DNA of 63,957 bases, counting the filler. It is 7 parts of 7 records of this genome, joined end to end, with 100 filler letters (N's around TTAATTAATTAA, not from the genome) between each part and the next. Parts side by side here need not be neighbours in the genome. Positions count along the whole stretch, not along the records: positions 48,757 to 59,093 come from SRR7504441_2337; positions 59,194 to 63,957 come from SRR7504441_2354; 5 more parts are not named here. The stretch is one strand, 5' to 3'. The notes beneath the pieces are model-generated. The model was not told the DNA's origin, searched no databases, and saw only the letters and a list, made by a program, of their open reading frames with translations. How positions within the stretch are numbered: position 1 is the first letter of the stretch; every line of letters starts with the position of its first letter. The translations under genes and the position numbers were made by a program. Shown one piece after another: positions 48,758 through 62,065 of this stretch.

Positions 48758-51700
48758 GTGGCGATGAGGGAGAGTCAGGGGCTGGAGGTGCTGAGGCACC
48801 ACTCAAAGCTCAAGGAAGAAAACAATGAGCTGTTGAAACAATTGCAAGAAGCCGAGGCTCATGCTCGTGTGATAGAGCATGAACGACAAGACGCTCTGGG
48901 TGAAGCACAAGCAATATTCAGAGAAGTAATGGTCTTCAAAAGTGTCAAGGATAAGACAGCGAATGCCAAGCCTGATATGGTGTTAAATATGGTGAAGAAA
49001 CAGTTGGGAGACGCCAAACTGCAAAAGGGGCAGATGTTGAAAATGGCAATGGCAGCAATTGAAGCCCAGAGTGAGGACTTCAATATGCGGCTGGTTCAGA
49101 TAGCAAACCACGTCGACGAGGTCGAATCAAAGTATCAGTGGGCTTGTGGTGAGATGGAGAGGAAATCTGAGATGTGCGTAGGTCTCGAGAACGATAGAGA
49201 CACCCTGAGAGAGCAGCTCGACAGTAAACAGCAGGCAGCAGAAAAGGCTGCAAACGAGCATGGAAAGCTACTTGAAATTGTCCAGGGAGCTTTGCGACAG
49301 GAGAACACCAGGCTGAAGGAACAAGTAAAGCGAGCTCAGCTGCAAGTCTCTGATTCCAAGAAAGACTACGAAACCTTGGCCAAGGGACACGCTGCAGCAG
49401 AGTGCATATCAGAGAAGTTGGAGCATCATGCACACGTGCTCGAGTCACAGCTTGCAGCGATGGCAAGCACACTAGCTGACTGCAAAGAGAGCCGCGATGA
49501 TGTGCATCAGCAGCATGCAACACTGCGCAAGAACCACGATAAGCTGCAGAAGGAGTATGATAAGTTGGTGTCGCGTCTTGGTGGCGTGACATGGTGAGTG
49601 CTGCTGCTTGTGAGCTGGTCTAACAGCTTGGGCTGACAGGGAGCTAGAGCAAGAGAATAATAAACTCTCTTCTCGGGTGGATGAACTGTCAAGTGAGCTG
49701 CAAGAGTCCAAGGAAGCCACGTCAGAGCAAAGCCAGGCACTGGAGGCGCTGCAGGGGGAGCGTGATCAGTTGACTGGAGAGCTAGCAGAGGCATCTTTTG
49801 CTATTGGGGCAAGGACTGAAGAGCACTCTCTGCTGGTGATGTCCCATAACGAGCTTGGGCAGACTTACCGTAGGCTCATGGAGAAGATGGCGCAATTCTC
49901 TGAAGAAATCCCAACCCTTAACGAAGGGCTGAGAAACGCATTGAGCAACCAGAGCCGGCTGCAGCAAACTTATACAGACCTATCCAAAGAGGCCGGGCAA
50001 CTAGTTGAACAAGTCAAACAATCAGAAATTCAGTGCACCGAGGCCGTTGGGACTCTCAAGGCATTGGAGCAAGCCGCAGCTGACCATGATGAGCAGTCAA
50101 CAGAGCAAGCTGCAAAGCAGCTTGCAAAACAGCTTGTAGAGATGAAGTGCGAGCACGAGAGGATGTCAGTGGAGAATGAAGCACTGGGCCGCAAACTGCA
50201 GGAGACAGTTGGGGCGCTAGCTGAGGCACAGGCGGGCAGTACGCACCTTACAAGTGAAGCAATTCAACTAAAGAGAGAGAATAACGAATTAAAGTCAGAG
50301 AGGGCAGGAATGCAGCAGCACTTGACGGACATGGCCACCCAGGTTGTGGAGTACAAAGGCGAGGCGGCCAGGCAACTTGCAGAAATGGACGCACAAGCCT
50401 CATTGCAGCGTAAATGCAACGAGCTTACAAAAGAGAACCAGAGGCTTTTTGGTACAGTTGCTGAGTATGAAGCTAATAGCCGCAGGTCAATGGCCGAGGC
50501 TGCAGCGACAAAGCAGCGGCTCGATCAAATGGAAATGGAGGCAGATGCTAGTGCCAAGCTGCAAACTGAGCTATCGACGACCAAGCAGCAGCTCATACGT
50601 GCTGTAGAGACATCTGAGAATCTAGCTGTGAGTCTGAGGACCGTAAATCGCGAGTTAGAAGAGAATGACTGTGCTGAAACGATTGACCAATACCGAGAGA
50701 TGCTTCAATTCAAGGACTCTCAGCTCAAAGCACTTGCTGACGGTTGTCAAGCAGAATTGAACAAGGCTCTGAGTCGTGTGACTGAGACACAGGCCGAACT
50801 ACAGCAAGCGTTGCATGACAGAGAGGAGGCGTTTGTGGAGCGGGATCAGCGCGCCAGCACCACATTGCTGCTCGAGAACCGGATCAAATCTCTTGAAGAT
50901 GAGGTGGTCTCTCTCACAGACGAGCTAGATTCTTGTTCGGAGCAGGCCGAGAGTGAGCGCAATCACTTTACTGCAGTTGTTACTGGGCTGGAAGAACAAC
51001 TCGCAAAGAGCAGCAGCGGCCTAGCGCAGGCTGAGAGTAGGCAGTTAGCACTCAGGGACAAAGCATGCACGTTGAAAGCCGCTTGGGCGATTTTAACATG
51101 GCAGTCGAGATTGGATCGACACAAACTGGCCAAATCAGAGCAGGCCTTGAGCCAGGCACAAGAGGCCCAGCAAACATTGCGTGATCTTCAGCAGGAGAAA
51201 GTGTTATGGGATGCCAAGCTGCAGGATCAGAGTGCAGAATTCAACAATTTCATAGATGTAATGCGACGGCATGTCAGCGAGGTTGAACAAGGCCGGATAC
51301 GGGCGACAACTCAGGCTGAGAGTGCGCAGCAAGCACTGATCGCACTGCAGGCTGATGAAAACACCAAAAGTGCTGAGTTGGAGGCAAGTCAAGCTGAAGT
51401 GGCACGATTAACAGGTGGCCTAGAGGAGGCGGCTGATGAGGTTGAAGAGGCCAAAGCGCAGTCTACGCGAAAATGCGCAGACATGCAGGAATTGCTAAAT
51501 GAGCTGGAAGATGAGAATCGAAACCTGATCTCAATGCTGAGGGATGCCCGAGTAGCACTTGCCGAAGCACAAGGTACGGTGTTACAGTCGCCAAGCGATA
51601 AGTCAACTGGTAAGCTCCAGTCTGATTTAGATCGAGCGTTGGAAGAATCCAAGACAGCCTCTGCTAAGCTTAGGGCATCTGAGGAGAACAGAGCGCAAGA

Positions 51701-54700
51701 TATGATTGAGTACGAGCAGATGCAGGATAGAATCAGTGAGCTGGAGCAGCAGAATACGCACCTCACAATAGAGCTCGACCAGCTGGCTGCAGCGGAACAG
51801 GTAAACGAGAGTATGCTGCAGGAGAGCTCAGAGCTGGTCACTGGACTGAAGCAGCTAGCGGACCTGAATGAGCAAGGCAGGGTGCAGATATCTGAGCAAC
51901 ATGACGCACTGCAAGAGCAATCGGGCGATTTGGTTGACACTAATACTGAACTGCTGCACAGGTGTGCAGCGCTTGAAGCAGAGAACTATCAGCTTGGCTC
52001 AGAACTTGCTATCGCAAATGAGAAGCTTGACCAGGAGCTGGCCGAATGTGAGGAGGGAAGAGAGCATGCATTGCAGAAGTATCAAGCTTTGAAGGAGAAA
52101 CACGAGAGAGTCTCGAAAGAGCTTGTACGATGTATGCAGAGCTTGAAACAAGTGTCAGCAGAACATGCTGGGATGCTTCTGGCCAAGGATGAATTGCAAG
52201 CTGAGCTGACTGGTTCTGAGAAGGCTAGAAAGGAAATGGCAGCTGAGCTCACGAGTCTGGGACAAACGAACGAAAAATTGCGGGCTACATTTGACGCAAC
52301 AAGTCAAGAGGAGAAAGAGCAAGTTTCAACGCGCTTTGGGCTGCTACAGCAACAGCTGTGTGAGCACGAGCGGAAGAATCTAGATCTCATGGTGAGTATG
52401 CAAAAGATGAGCGAGGAGCTGGCAGACTCTCGGGAGGTAAACAAACAAGCGACAATTGAGCATGCTATGGCTATGATCAAGCGGGATGAGATGGAGCTGG
52501 AAGCCAGTAGGTTAGCTGTAGAAAACAGCCGGCTCGATACTGAGCTTCAGGAGACCACAAATAAGCTCAAGGCATCGGAGATGATCGCACAGCAGGCGCT
52601 ACACGACCACACCGTGTCGAGGGAAATGCGCAGCCGGCTTAGTGAAGAGACCACTAAATTTGGTGGTCAAATGGATGCATTGAAAGTGCAGCTGGACAAC
52701 GAGACTAACGCGAGGAATGTTGCCGAGCATGAGCTGTGTGAGTTGCATGAGCAAGTGGAGGACTTGACTTCGCGACATACTCTCGAAATAAAAGAGGAAC
52801 GGGAAGCGCGGCAAGTGCTAGAGAATCTGATATCAGACATTGTCCAGGCCGCATCAGTGACTGTCACAGAGAAGGCCTCGTTCTGGAATACCACACGAAC
52901 CTTGCTGGAGCAGGAGAAGAGCGTCCTGGAAGAGGAGGTTGATCAGCTGAGGGGAAAGGTCGAGGTAGCTCAGCTGTGCACACAGCAGCAGGGAGACGAG
53001 CATAAGTTAGCTGTGTCGTTAAAAGAAGAGTTAAAGCTTGAGAACTCAAAGCTACAGGACGCACTTGCCGACGCGAAGAAAGCAAGCGAGGAACTCAGAA
53101 ATGAGAATCATGGATTGGACACCCAGCTGCGGGCTATGACAACTGAGTTGAGCGAGTACAAAGACCTGATTGTTCAGGCAGAGTCTGAGCACGCAACAAT
53201 ACAGGCGTCCTGTGACAGCTTAGAGCTGGAGGCAACCGGACTGAGACAGACTGTAGAGGAGCTTGTGGAGGAGCTGGAACAGTCACAGGAAGGCAGCGCG
53301 CAAGCAGCGCAGGAAAGTGAAAGATTCAAGCTCAAGCACGAGCAAGTTTCGGAGGAGCTGACCAAATGCATGCAGAATTTAAAACAAGTGGTGGGTGAGC
53401 ACGCTGGGGCAATGCTTGCTCAGGACGAGCTAGAAAGTGAGAGACGCCTACTGGAAGAAAAGCTTGCGCAAGTGACAGCAGAGCTGGGTGATCTACAGGA
53501 TAGTAAGCTGAGCGCCTGTGAAGAGTACGCAGCGCTTGAGACGACCCACAACGAGCTTGGTCAGGAGTACGGCAGGTTGGTTGCTCTGGTGGATGAGATG
53601 ACAACACAGCTTGAGGAAGCTTCCACATGCCGCGACCAAGCGAGCTCGGATCACTCGTCGTTGTTACTGGCACACGGAGTACTCGAGCAGGAATTCAGTG
53701 CTTGTGCAGACAAGTTTCAAATGATGGACGACAAGCTGGTCGAGTGTGAGGTAGCCAAGGAAGAGGCAGCGAATGAGTTAGCTGAGATCAAAGAATGCTG
53801 TGCCGAATTCAGCACAGAAAGCGCGCATCTGCTCGGTGAACTAATCGAGCTGGTACAAAAACAGCTCGCCCGAGCAGAGGAGAGCCGACAACAAGTCGAG
53901 GAGGAGCTTACTGCAGCAGAGATTCGCGGCGAGCAAGCCTTGGGTGAGCATGAGGTGCTACTCCGAGCATACAATCAACTGCAACAGGACAATGACAAGC
54001 TGGAACTTCGGCTCGGACAGCTGTCAGGTGAACTAGCTGTGTGCAAGAAGGGCCGAGATCATGCACGGACCGAGCATGCCTCGTTGTTAGAGGAGCACGA
54101 GAAGACTAGTGAGGATTTGTTGGAATCTTCGAAAAGGATTGAGGAGCTCACTGACCAGCTGATTAAGCGCAAAATCGAAATAGAGCAGGCATCGGGTGAG
54201 TTCGAGGTTCTGCAAGAGAGGTGTGACGCATTCGAGCATGAGAACTGCGGGCTCGTGGACCAGCTACAAGAACAGAGCAAGGAACTGGCCAACCTGAAAG
54301 CGGATAAGATCAAGGCGGTAGAGGAGGTGACTGAGCAGGTGGTGGCTTCCGAGATGGCCCGGCAGCAAGCAATGAGCGAGCATGTGGCGCTGCTGCTAGA
54401 GCACGATAAGCTAGAGCAGGAGCATGGAAGCGCAGTAGCCAAGTTACAGGATGTGACTGGACAGCATGTAGAGCTACTGCTTTCCCAGGACAAACTGCAA
54501 CAAGAGTTGGACAAGCTGACAATCCAGCAAGCAGATACTCATGCGGAGCTGGAACAAGTGAAGCGGGAGCGTGACGAGCTCGAGCAGTTTAAAGCCAAGC
54601 TAGCGGACTCCGCGTTGGCGATCCAACAGGTACTAAGCTTACCTAGTGCATGCAAAGCAAACTGAACTTGTTATACAGGCTGAGGACGAGACCAGTGCAT

Positions 54701-57077
54701 CAAAGAAGCAGCTCGAGGACGTGGTGGCGCAACTAGGGGAGTTAGAAGTATCGAGAGCGCAGGATGCAGAGGCTCATGCACTGCTTCGCGGGTCGCACGA
54801 TGAGCTGAAACAGGAGAACAGCAGGCTAGCAAGTCGAATGCGGGAAATGTCCTCGGAACTGGCTCAGTCAGAGAAGCAGTTAGACACGGACGCAGAGGAG
54901 CATGCGTTACTTATGGGTTCGCATGACAAGCTTAGCAAGGAGAATGGAAGACTGAAGGATAGGGTGTCACAGCTTGAGCAAGAATGTACCAGCCTCGAAC
55001 AGAGCTGTAAGAGCGCGAGGGAGGACAAGCAGAGCTTGGTGGGTGAGATGCAGGAGTTCCAGCGAGCATCAGAGGAGGAGCTTCAGGTTATGCACAGGGA
55101 GTTAGCAAACTTGACAGCAACGTATTCATCCAGCGCGGACCAGGAAGCGCGGCAGATGGACCTGTTTGTCGACTCGGTTGTGAATGGGCTGCAGATTGCG
55201 ACAACATGTATTACTCGACTACCCAAGGACCAGATTCCGGTGATCACATGATTCACTTGATATCTGTGTACTTGAGATACCGAGCATTGTATGGTTGGCG
55301 CTGTCCGTAGTTTGTTAGCAGTCCTGTCGATAGACGCTGTCAATTGCTGCGGTTCGAATTTGGTCTAGCGTTATTGACTGCAGACGCTCTACGGTTGAGC
55401 CCTTTGGTGTTAGGTGCTGGGCCCACAAGAGCAAGGTCAAAGGGATTTCCTGCTGGAAAAAGGCACACTATTAGTTAGATTGGACAAGAATGACAGGGCG
55501 CTAGCTGAGCTTGAAAATAGAGAACAACTAGCTCTGCACACGCAAGATGAGCTTCGTGCTGAGGCTGACAAGCTCGAGCAAGATAAGGGGAGGCTTTGGG
55601 AACAGGTGCATGATATGTCTGCGAGGCATGCACATCTGCTTGATCAGCACAGTCTGATGCAAACGCAACTGGCTGATCGGGATCAGGACAACAAGCGCCT
55701 GGAGTTGACCCTAGAGGAAGTCACACAGGAGCTTGCCGAGACAAAGAGAGCGAGAGATCAGGGGCTTGAGGACAATAGCAAGCTGCTGGCCCAACAGGGA
55801 GAGCTGGAGGCCGAGAGCTCTGAGTTGACGCTCAGATTGGAAGACATGGAAGGCCAGCTCACGCTGCAAGCTGCAGAGCAGGCAGCGTTGCAGCAGCAGC
55901 ACATCAGGGTGGAGCAGGAGAGCAGTGTGTTGGTTGCGAAGCTTAAAGAGGTCGTTTTCACGCTGACTGTTCAGTGACCTTGTGTTGTAGGAGCTCATTG
56001 CATTCAGCCAGAAACATGAGCAACTGCAGAGTCACTATAACAAGATTGATAGCGAGTTTGCCCAACTTGTAAAGTGGGCTGCCGGCATCCTGTTAAAAGC
56101 TCACCTAGAGCGCAGGGGGTCGGCTGAGTTGCAGGCCACCTGTGTGCTCCAGCGGGTGGAAAATCAAACCCTTAAGCAGCAGAGGAAGCTTATTCATCTG
56201 CCATTCTCCAAATGGCTGTCCAAGCAGCAGACCAACAAAAGCATCATGGTCACTATGTGGAGGTGCCCGGCCTTGTGGCCTGCTGGTCACATTTCTGCTG
56301 CTAGGCGGAACCTCCTCGAGTCGCTCTTCTCAGGGAGGCGTAGCCAGGAGGTATCCTTGCCTTGCGCAATATCATCGACTGGCGCTATGTGTTAGGCCCG
56401 AGCTTATCAGCTGCGCTGGAGTATTTTGATTGTGGCTGTAAAGTCTCAGCATGCCATGTGCCTAGCTCAGAAGGTTGTCACCCACTAAATGCCGCTTAGT
56501 CTGGCTTGATAGGCACAGCGTAACCTTGCTCAAGAAGGCGCCACGATGCAAGACGAGGTGCCCAGCCTCAGCAGTACTGAGACAGTGAGGCTTGCAGATT
56601 TCCCGTGCAAAGGACGGGCTCTTTCAACGAGCTACAGAGCTGGAGCGACAACTGGTACAGGTGGCGGCAGTGTACAAAGGCCAACTTAATCTTTGATTGG
56701 TGGGCTGCAGCTGCAAGCGAGGGAGCAACATCTGCAGTCACTCTGTGCCGAGTATAAGAACCAATGCGAGGAGTTGAAGATGGTGCTGGATGCCGAGCGC
56801 CGAGCACAGGCGGGTTTTTGCATTATATGTCACCGCATCGCATCACAACACCTAGAGAGCATCAGTTTCGCCTCGCTGAGTGTGGGCGCAGCAGGTTCAA
56901 TTCGGCAAAGCGCTCCCGGACATGCCACTTCAAGAGAGAGTCAATTCGCAAGTTAGTGCCGCGTTGCGAGGCTTTGACACCGGTCAGATGAGTAGTAACC
57001 CATTCTTAAGGGGGAGTCCCGGCACAACGAGCCCTACTTACACACTTGTGAAGCCTAGTTCACTCGTGAGAGAATAA
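48758..57077 (+). CDS. Very long coiled-coil protein (>2400 aa, 5'-truncated) with 42-residue quasi-repeats
   Basis: E/Q/L/A-rich ORFs 48758-49597, 49677-54665, 54646-55251 and 55414-55977, separated by intron-like segments. Confidence 0.8.
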
Positions 57078-57183
57078 AAGATACAAGTATCATAATTGGG
57101 CCGGCCTTGGGCCGCTTGAGCCGCCCATTTTCTTTACCGATTCGACGGCAATCGGTGGTAACGGCCACTGATCAGTCAGGGCG

Positions 57184-59093
57184 ATGCGCGGCTCAGTGTG
57201 GTCCGCTCTGCTACTGTCTCTACTGGCCTCAGCGGACGCGCTTTCTGCAGCGCCGCCCAAGGTGGTGATCCTGATGCTCGGGGACGACTTCGGGTACCAC
57301 AACGTCGGGTTTGCGCACGGGCCGAGCGAGTTGGGCAATCCTGAGATGCGCACGCCGCACATGGATCGCCTGGCCCGGCAGGGGGTGGTGCTCGATAGGC
57401 ACTACGTGTACAAGTACTGCAGTCCAACCCGCTCCAGCCTGATGTCCGGCCGGCTGCCGCCACACGTCAACCAGAACAACCGGTGTGCACGCCGGCCGCA
57501 GGCCGCTGCCGACACGGGCGGGCAGGAACAACGACATCGAGGCGGCTTCAGGTGTGGACCTGCGGTACACGTTCCTGGCGCAGAAGATGAAGCAGGCCGG
57601 GTGATGTGCACCGGAAATGGGCTCAGATCAGCTCCGAATGGCAGGTACTATACTGCTATGGTGGGCAAATCGCACCTCGGCGCACGCTCGACCGCCAACC
57701 TGCCGATCAATAGAGGTTTTGACGAGCACTTTGGCTTCCTCAAGGGCGGCGAGGACCACTACTCACAAGGGAGTGGCTCAGCAGACGGGGAAGGGACGGA
57801 TACGGTCGACCTTTGGGACGGGCACGCGCTCTCCAACATGACAGGTGAGCAGCCTGTAGCGGGTGGCCGATAGAGGCTGGTCCAGGAATCTACTCGGGAT
57901 ACCTGTACGCCGAACGTGCCGTTAAGGTCATTTCCAACTTCTCTCTGACCAACAGGGCACTCGCCCAGGCGGGCCAGCCGACCGACGACGGGCTATTTAT
58001 GTACCTAGCGTGGCACAATACTCATACACCACTCGAGTGTCCGCCAGAGTGGATGTACAGCTCTTACGCGCCGTACAACAACAGCTACCAACCGCGGATG
58101 ATTTACAACTGCATGGCCCGGGTAGATCATGGACAGTGTGCAGTTCGGTGACATGCATGGGTGGGTGTGCAGATCATGGACAATGGGATTGGGAATGTGA
58201 CCAAAGCTTTGCAAGACGCCGGTCTTTGGGACGACACGCTGATGCTCTTTGCCGCCGATAATGGTGGCTGGGTCGGGCAGACTGGATCAAACAATTACCC
58301 GCTCAAGGGCAGCAAAGTGTCCGACTTTGAAGGCGGCGTGCGCGCTGTCTCATTCCTGACCGGCGGTTACCTTCCTGAGAATGTGAGAGGCACCCACCAC
58401 ACAGGGCTGATTTCAATCGCTGACTGGTATGGTACTCTCTCCAAGTTGGTTGGGGTCTCGCCTGCAGATGATGTGGCTGGCTTGCCGCCTGTTGACTCGA
58501 ATGATTTCTGGCAATCGATCCTCACTCCGAACGCGACTCGGACCGGCCGGGACGAAATATTCCTCTCGTGGTCATGCACCCCAGAGAGCGCGAGCGTGTC
58601 AGGCTGTGTGCCTGACGCCCGCTCGATCTACAATACCTCTGGCGATCCCACATCTGGTCAGGCTGCTGGTGATATGGCTCTTATATATGGAGAGTATAAG
58701 ATCATCATTGGCAAACAGCAGGGTCGCGGGATCTGGTTTGGGCCTGTCTATCCTAACGGGACTAGAGACCAGCCGTCCACACCTTGCGTCGATGGCTGCT
58801 TGTACAACATCTTTGACGACCCGACTGAGCATCGTAACCTCAAGTCGTCGATGCCTGCAAAGTGGCGCTCAATGCTCGCCAGATTGCTCCAGCATGGCAA
58901 GACGGTCTATCAGACGGATTATGCAGAGCCTGGCACTACAAGTTGCTTCACCGGCGCTCAAGCTGGGCGGTACTACGTTGGCCACAACACATGCATCGAG
59001 GGCGGTCCAGGCTACCGCCCTTCGCTAGATAAGTGCAACTCGACGATCAAACGCAAATACTTGGGCCCTATGTGTTTTCACAAGCTCCCACCT
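57184..59093 (+). CDS. Secreted formylglycine-dependent sulfatase (arylsulfatase B-like; 3'-truncated)
   Basis: Signal peptide; LGDDFGY, CSPTRSSLMSGR, VGKSHLG, NTHTPL, ADNGG, NYPLKGSK..FEGGVR. Confidence 0.93.
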
Positions 59094-59193
59094 NNNNNNN
59101 NNNNNNNNNNNNNNNNNNNNNNNNNNNNNNNNNNNNNTTAATTAATTAANNNNNNNNNNNNNNNNNNNNNNNNNNNNNNNNNNNNNNNNNNNN
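59094..59193. other. Artificial contig-joining spacer
   Basis: 44 N + TTAATTAATTAA + 44 N. Confidence 0.98.
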
Positions 59194-59388
59194 TGATGGA
59201 CCAGGTCGGCTGGCCTCGTGGGCTGATCGCTCAGTGGGCGGCAGGCGGCGCTGGAGAAGATGCGCAACCCGGACACGGCGGCCTCGAGGGGGCACGCTAT
59301 CGCTAGACAGAAGGCCGCGCCGCCCAAGCCCAAATTTATTATGTCCAAGTTTAAGAATGTCAAGTCGAGGATCAATATCCCGAAATAG
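59194..59388 (+). CDS. 3' fragment of a hypothetical basic protein
   Basis: Intron 59205-59244, then AALEKMRNPD..PKPKFIMSKFKNVKSRINIPK-stop. Confidence 0.4.
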
Positions 59389-59979
59389 ACTGCAAGCGGC
59401 TGATGGGGCACGGGGACGGGTCCAGGGGCGGAGGTGCTCTGGCAGCGGATAGGTGGCTGGTGGCGGCTGCTCTCGACGGTCTTGCATGGAACTTTATAGG
59501 GCAGCAGCCTCGAGCGGCAGAGGGTGTGTGCATGCTGAGCGAGTCGAGCTGCGCAGGCAATCGTGGCTGTCCGTGATAGGTAAAAGAAATGGCTGAGTTA
59601 CGGTGTGTCGATTGTGGCGGTGTGGTCTATCAGCCTTGCATCGCAACAAAAGATCGGCGGCACACGAGTGTGACTCGGTTGAAAGCTCAGATTTAATATC
59701 TTTATTTATTTTAATAAACTGACTAATATGTACTCAACAACATTGTAGGATGCGAAGGAGCCCGTAATCTGCACCTACGGCAGGATATGCAGCTCACGCT
59801 GTTCTCTCTAGATCTCAATAGCCACCATCCGCCAGCGCCGGCACCGCGCGGGCCGTGCGGGTCAGGCTGCATGCAGCCAGACATTCGGATCCTGACCTCT
59901 TCACACCCGCCTGAATAATGGCTGCGCAGTGTCAGTGTGCCGTCTGATCGGCGTCCACTGACCTGAGCTCCAGCGCACC

Positions 59980-61778
59980 ATGTCGAAAACGTGCTGCCGC
60001 CGGTCTCGGGCTGGCCTCACGCGAGGTGGCAGGCTGTCCAAGGCCGAGCGAATCGCCCGCGAGCGAGCAGTGATGCACGAGAGTCAGTCGGCGGCCCAGT
60101 CCACGGCGGTGCCCCCGGTGCCTCCTGCACCTGCGGCTGAGCGCTGGGCAGGGAAAGAGCGCATCCCCCCGCACCTCACCGGTGCGGCTGCCCAACCACG
60201 GGCCGAGCTGAACCGGGCTGGCAGACCAAGCCACGCAAGATGAGCAAAGCTGAGCGGATAGCCCGGGAGCGTGCTGCGATGACCCAGGCCAGGGCCGAGT
60301 CGGTGCTGACCTGGCCAGTCGCTGGCCAGCTGCAGCGAGGGGTCAGGGCAACTTGAGCACCGAGGAGGCCCTGCAGGCCCAGCGCGAGCTGGAGGCGCTG
60401 AGCAAACAGGCCGAGGCGGCCGCGGCCAAGTCGAACGAGGAAGCGCGGCTGGCCGAGGCCGAGGCCGAGAAGCAGAAGGCCGAGGTGCGGTAGGCGCGGC
60501 TGGTGTGGACGTCTGACTGTAATGACAGGCGGAAGCGGCGCTGGCACAGGCCAAGAAGGAGTCTGCTGAGGCAGCTGAGGCGCACGAACAAGCGCGGGCT
60601 GCGGCGGAGAAACTGGAGGCGGCCAAGGCTGCGGGTTGCTTTGTGGACTGGCCGCAGCGGACTGAGCCGGTGCTGCAGGCGACGCGGCTGCGATCGAGGC
60701 GGCAGAGGCGGTGCGGGCTGCGAGCTCGAGCACGACTGCTCACTGGATCGGTGCAGGCTAACCAGCTCGCAAAGGAGAAGCTGGCCAAGGAGCAGGCCGA
60801 GGCAGACGCGGCCACAGCGAATGCTAAGAAAGAGCAGGCCGAGGTGAGCCTGCTGTCTGTCGACACGCAGCTGTATCGGGTGCAGGCGGAGCTGGCAGCG
60901 GCTGTGGCCTCCAAGGAACGCGCGGAAGCCGAGACGGCTGCTGCTGAGGTAGCCCGGTCGCAGACGGAGGTGCGGCTGCCGGCGGATGGCTGGTTTGAGC
61001 GTTTGAACAGGAGCTGCTTGCGATGAAGGAGGCCGAAGTCACGAGCCTCAAGCAGCAGCTGGCTGACCTTGAACAGAGCAGCAAAGCCGCCGCAGCTGCC
61101 CAGCAGAAGGCCAGCGGTGACTCGGCGGAGGTGCCGGCTGGCCGGTGCCAAGCTGGACCAGTGGGCAGCTGGCGGCTGCGAACAGGCAGCTGGAGGAGCA
61201 CAGGACTCAGGTTACTAGTCTGCGCTCCCAGGTGCCAGCCAGGCGGCGGCTCGTGCTCAAAGGCACGATGCAGGTGGCGGCCGCCGAGGCTCGCGCAATG
61301 CAGGCCGAGACGCTGCAGGCTACCTCTCAGGTCAGCTGTCGAGCGAGCGGTGCAGAGCTGGCTGGCCAGGCGGCCTCAGCGGCTGGCCCGGGCGAAGGGG
61401 AGGCGATCATGAGAGAACAACTAGTCAAATTGTCAGCCGAAGTGGGCCAGTCCGACCAGCTGGTTGGTGACAGCCGGGCAGGTGGCTGCGGAGGCGAACC
61501 GAGCCCGGAGGGCTGAGGAGGAGCTGGCGCGAACCATGGCCTCGTTTGTGGAGGCCACCAGGGCAAGGCTGGAGCTGCAGCGTCGGGTGGAGGTGGGCAG
61601 TTGGGCAGCCGGGCAGGGCGAGCAGGTCCGACAGGTGCTACACGATAAACTGGAGGCCGAGAGCGCCCGGTGTAAGCAGATGGTGGTCCAGTCGGCAGAG
61701 ATTAGCGAGTACTTTGCAATTGTGTGCAAGAAGGCTAGCTCAATAACCGGCGTCGAGCACGTCTCACCCTCGCAATAG
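59980..61778 (+). CDS. Intron-rich Ala/Glu-rich coiled-coil hypothetical protein
   Basis: Short exons such as KEKLAKEQAEADAATANAKKEQAE and repeated SKAERIARERA, separated by ~40-nt GT-AG introns; start uncertain. Confidence 0.6.
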
Positions 61779-62065
61779 CGTTGCGGGGCGGTGTCAAGAA
61801 AGTTGCACACACACAAAGTTGGCATCGATCATTAATTTTATCGATCATTACGAGCATTGGCAATGGCATTAATTGGCATAGCGCAACTCATCATAAATTT
61901 CATTGATAACTGAGGAAGGTGACCTATTGGGAGTCTATTGCAAGCCTGCAGCTATTGGTTGATCGTTGAGGCCGGCTCAATCGGTCACGTCGTAGATCAT
62001 GTCGTCATATGTACGTCATATGCATCGTTGGAGTCACTTTGACAACTTCAGCTTGGACTGGCGGA

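Noticed and set aside
19326-59193. Six identical TTAATTAATTAA palindromes flanked by Ns, as a repeat family or recombination sites
   Set aside because: Fixed 100-nt format with stops in six frames marks an artificial concatenation linker
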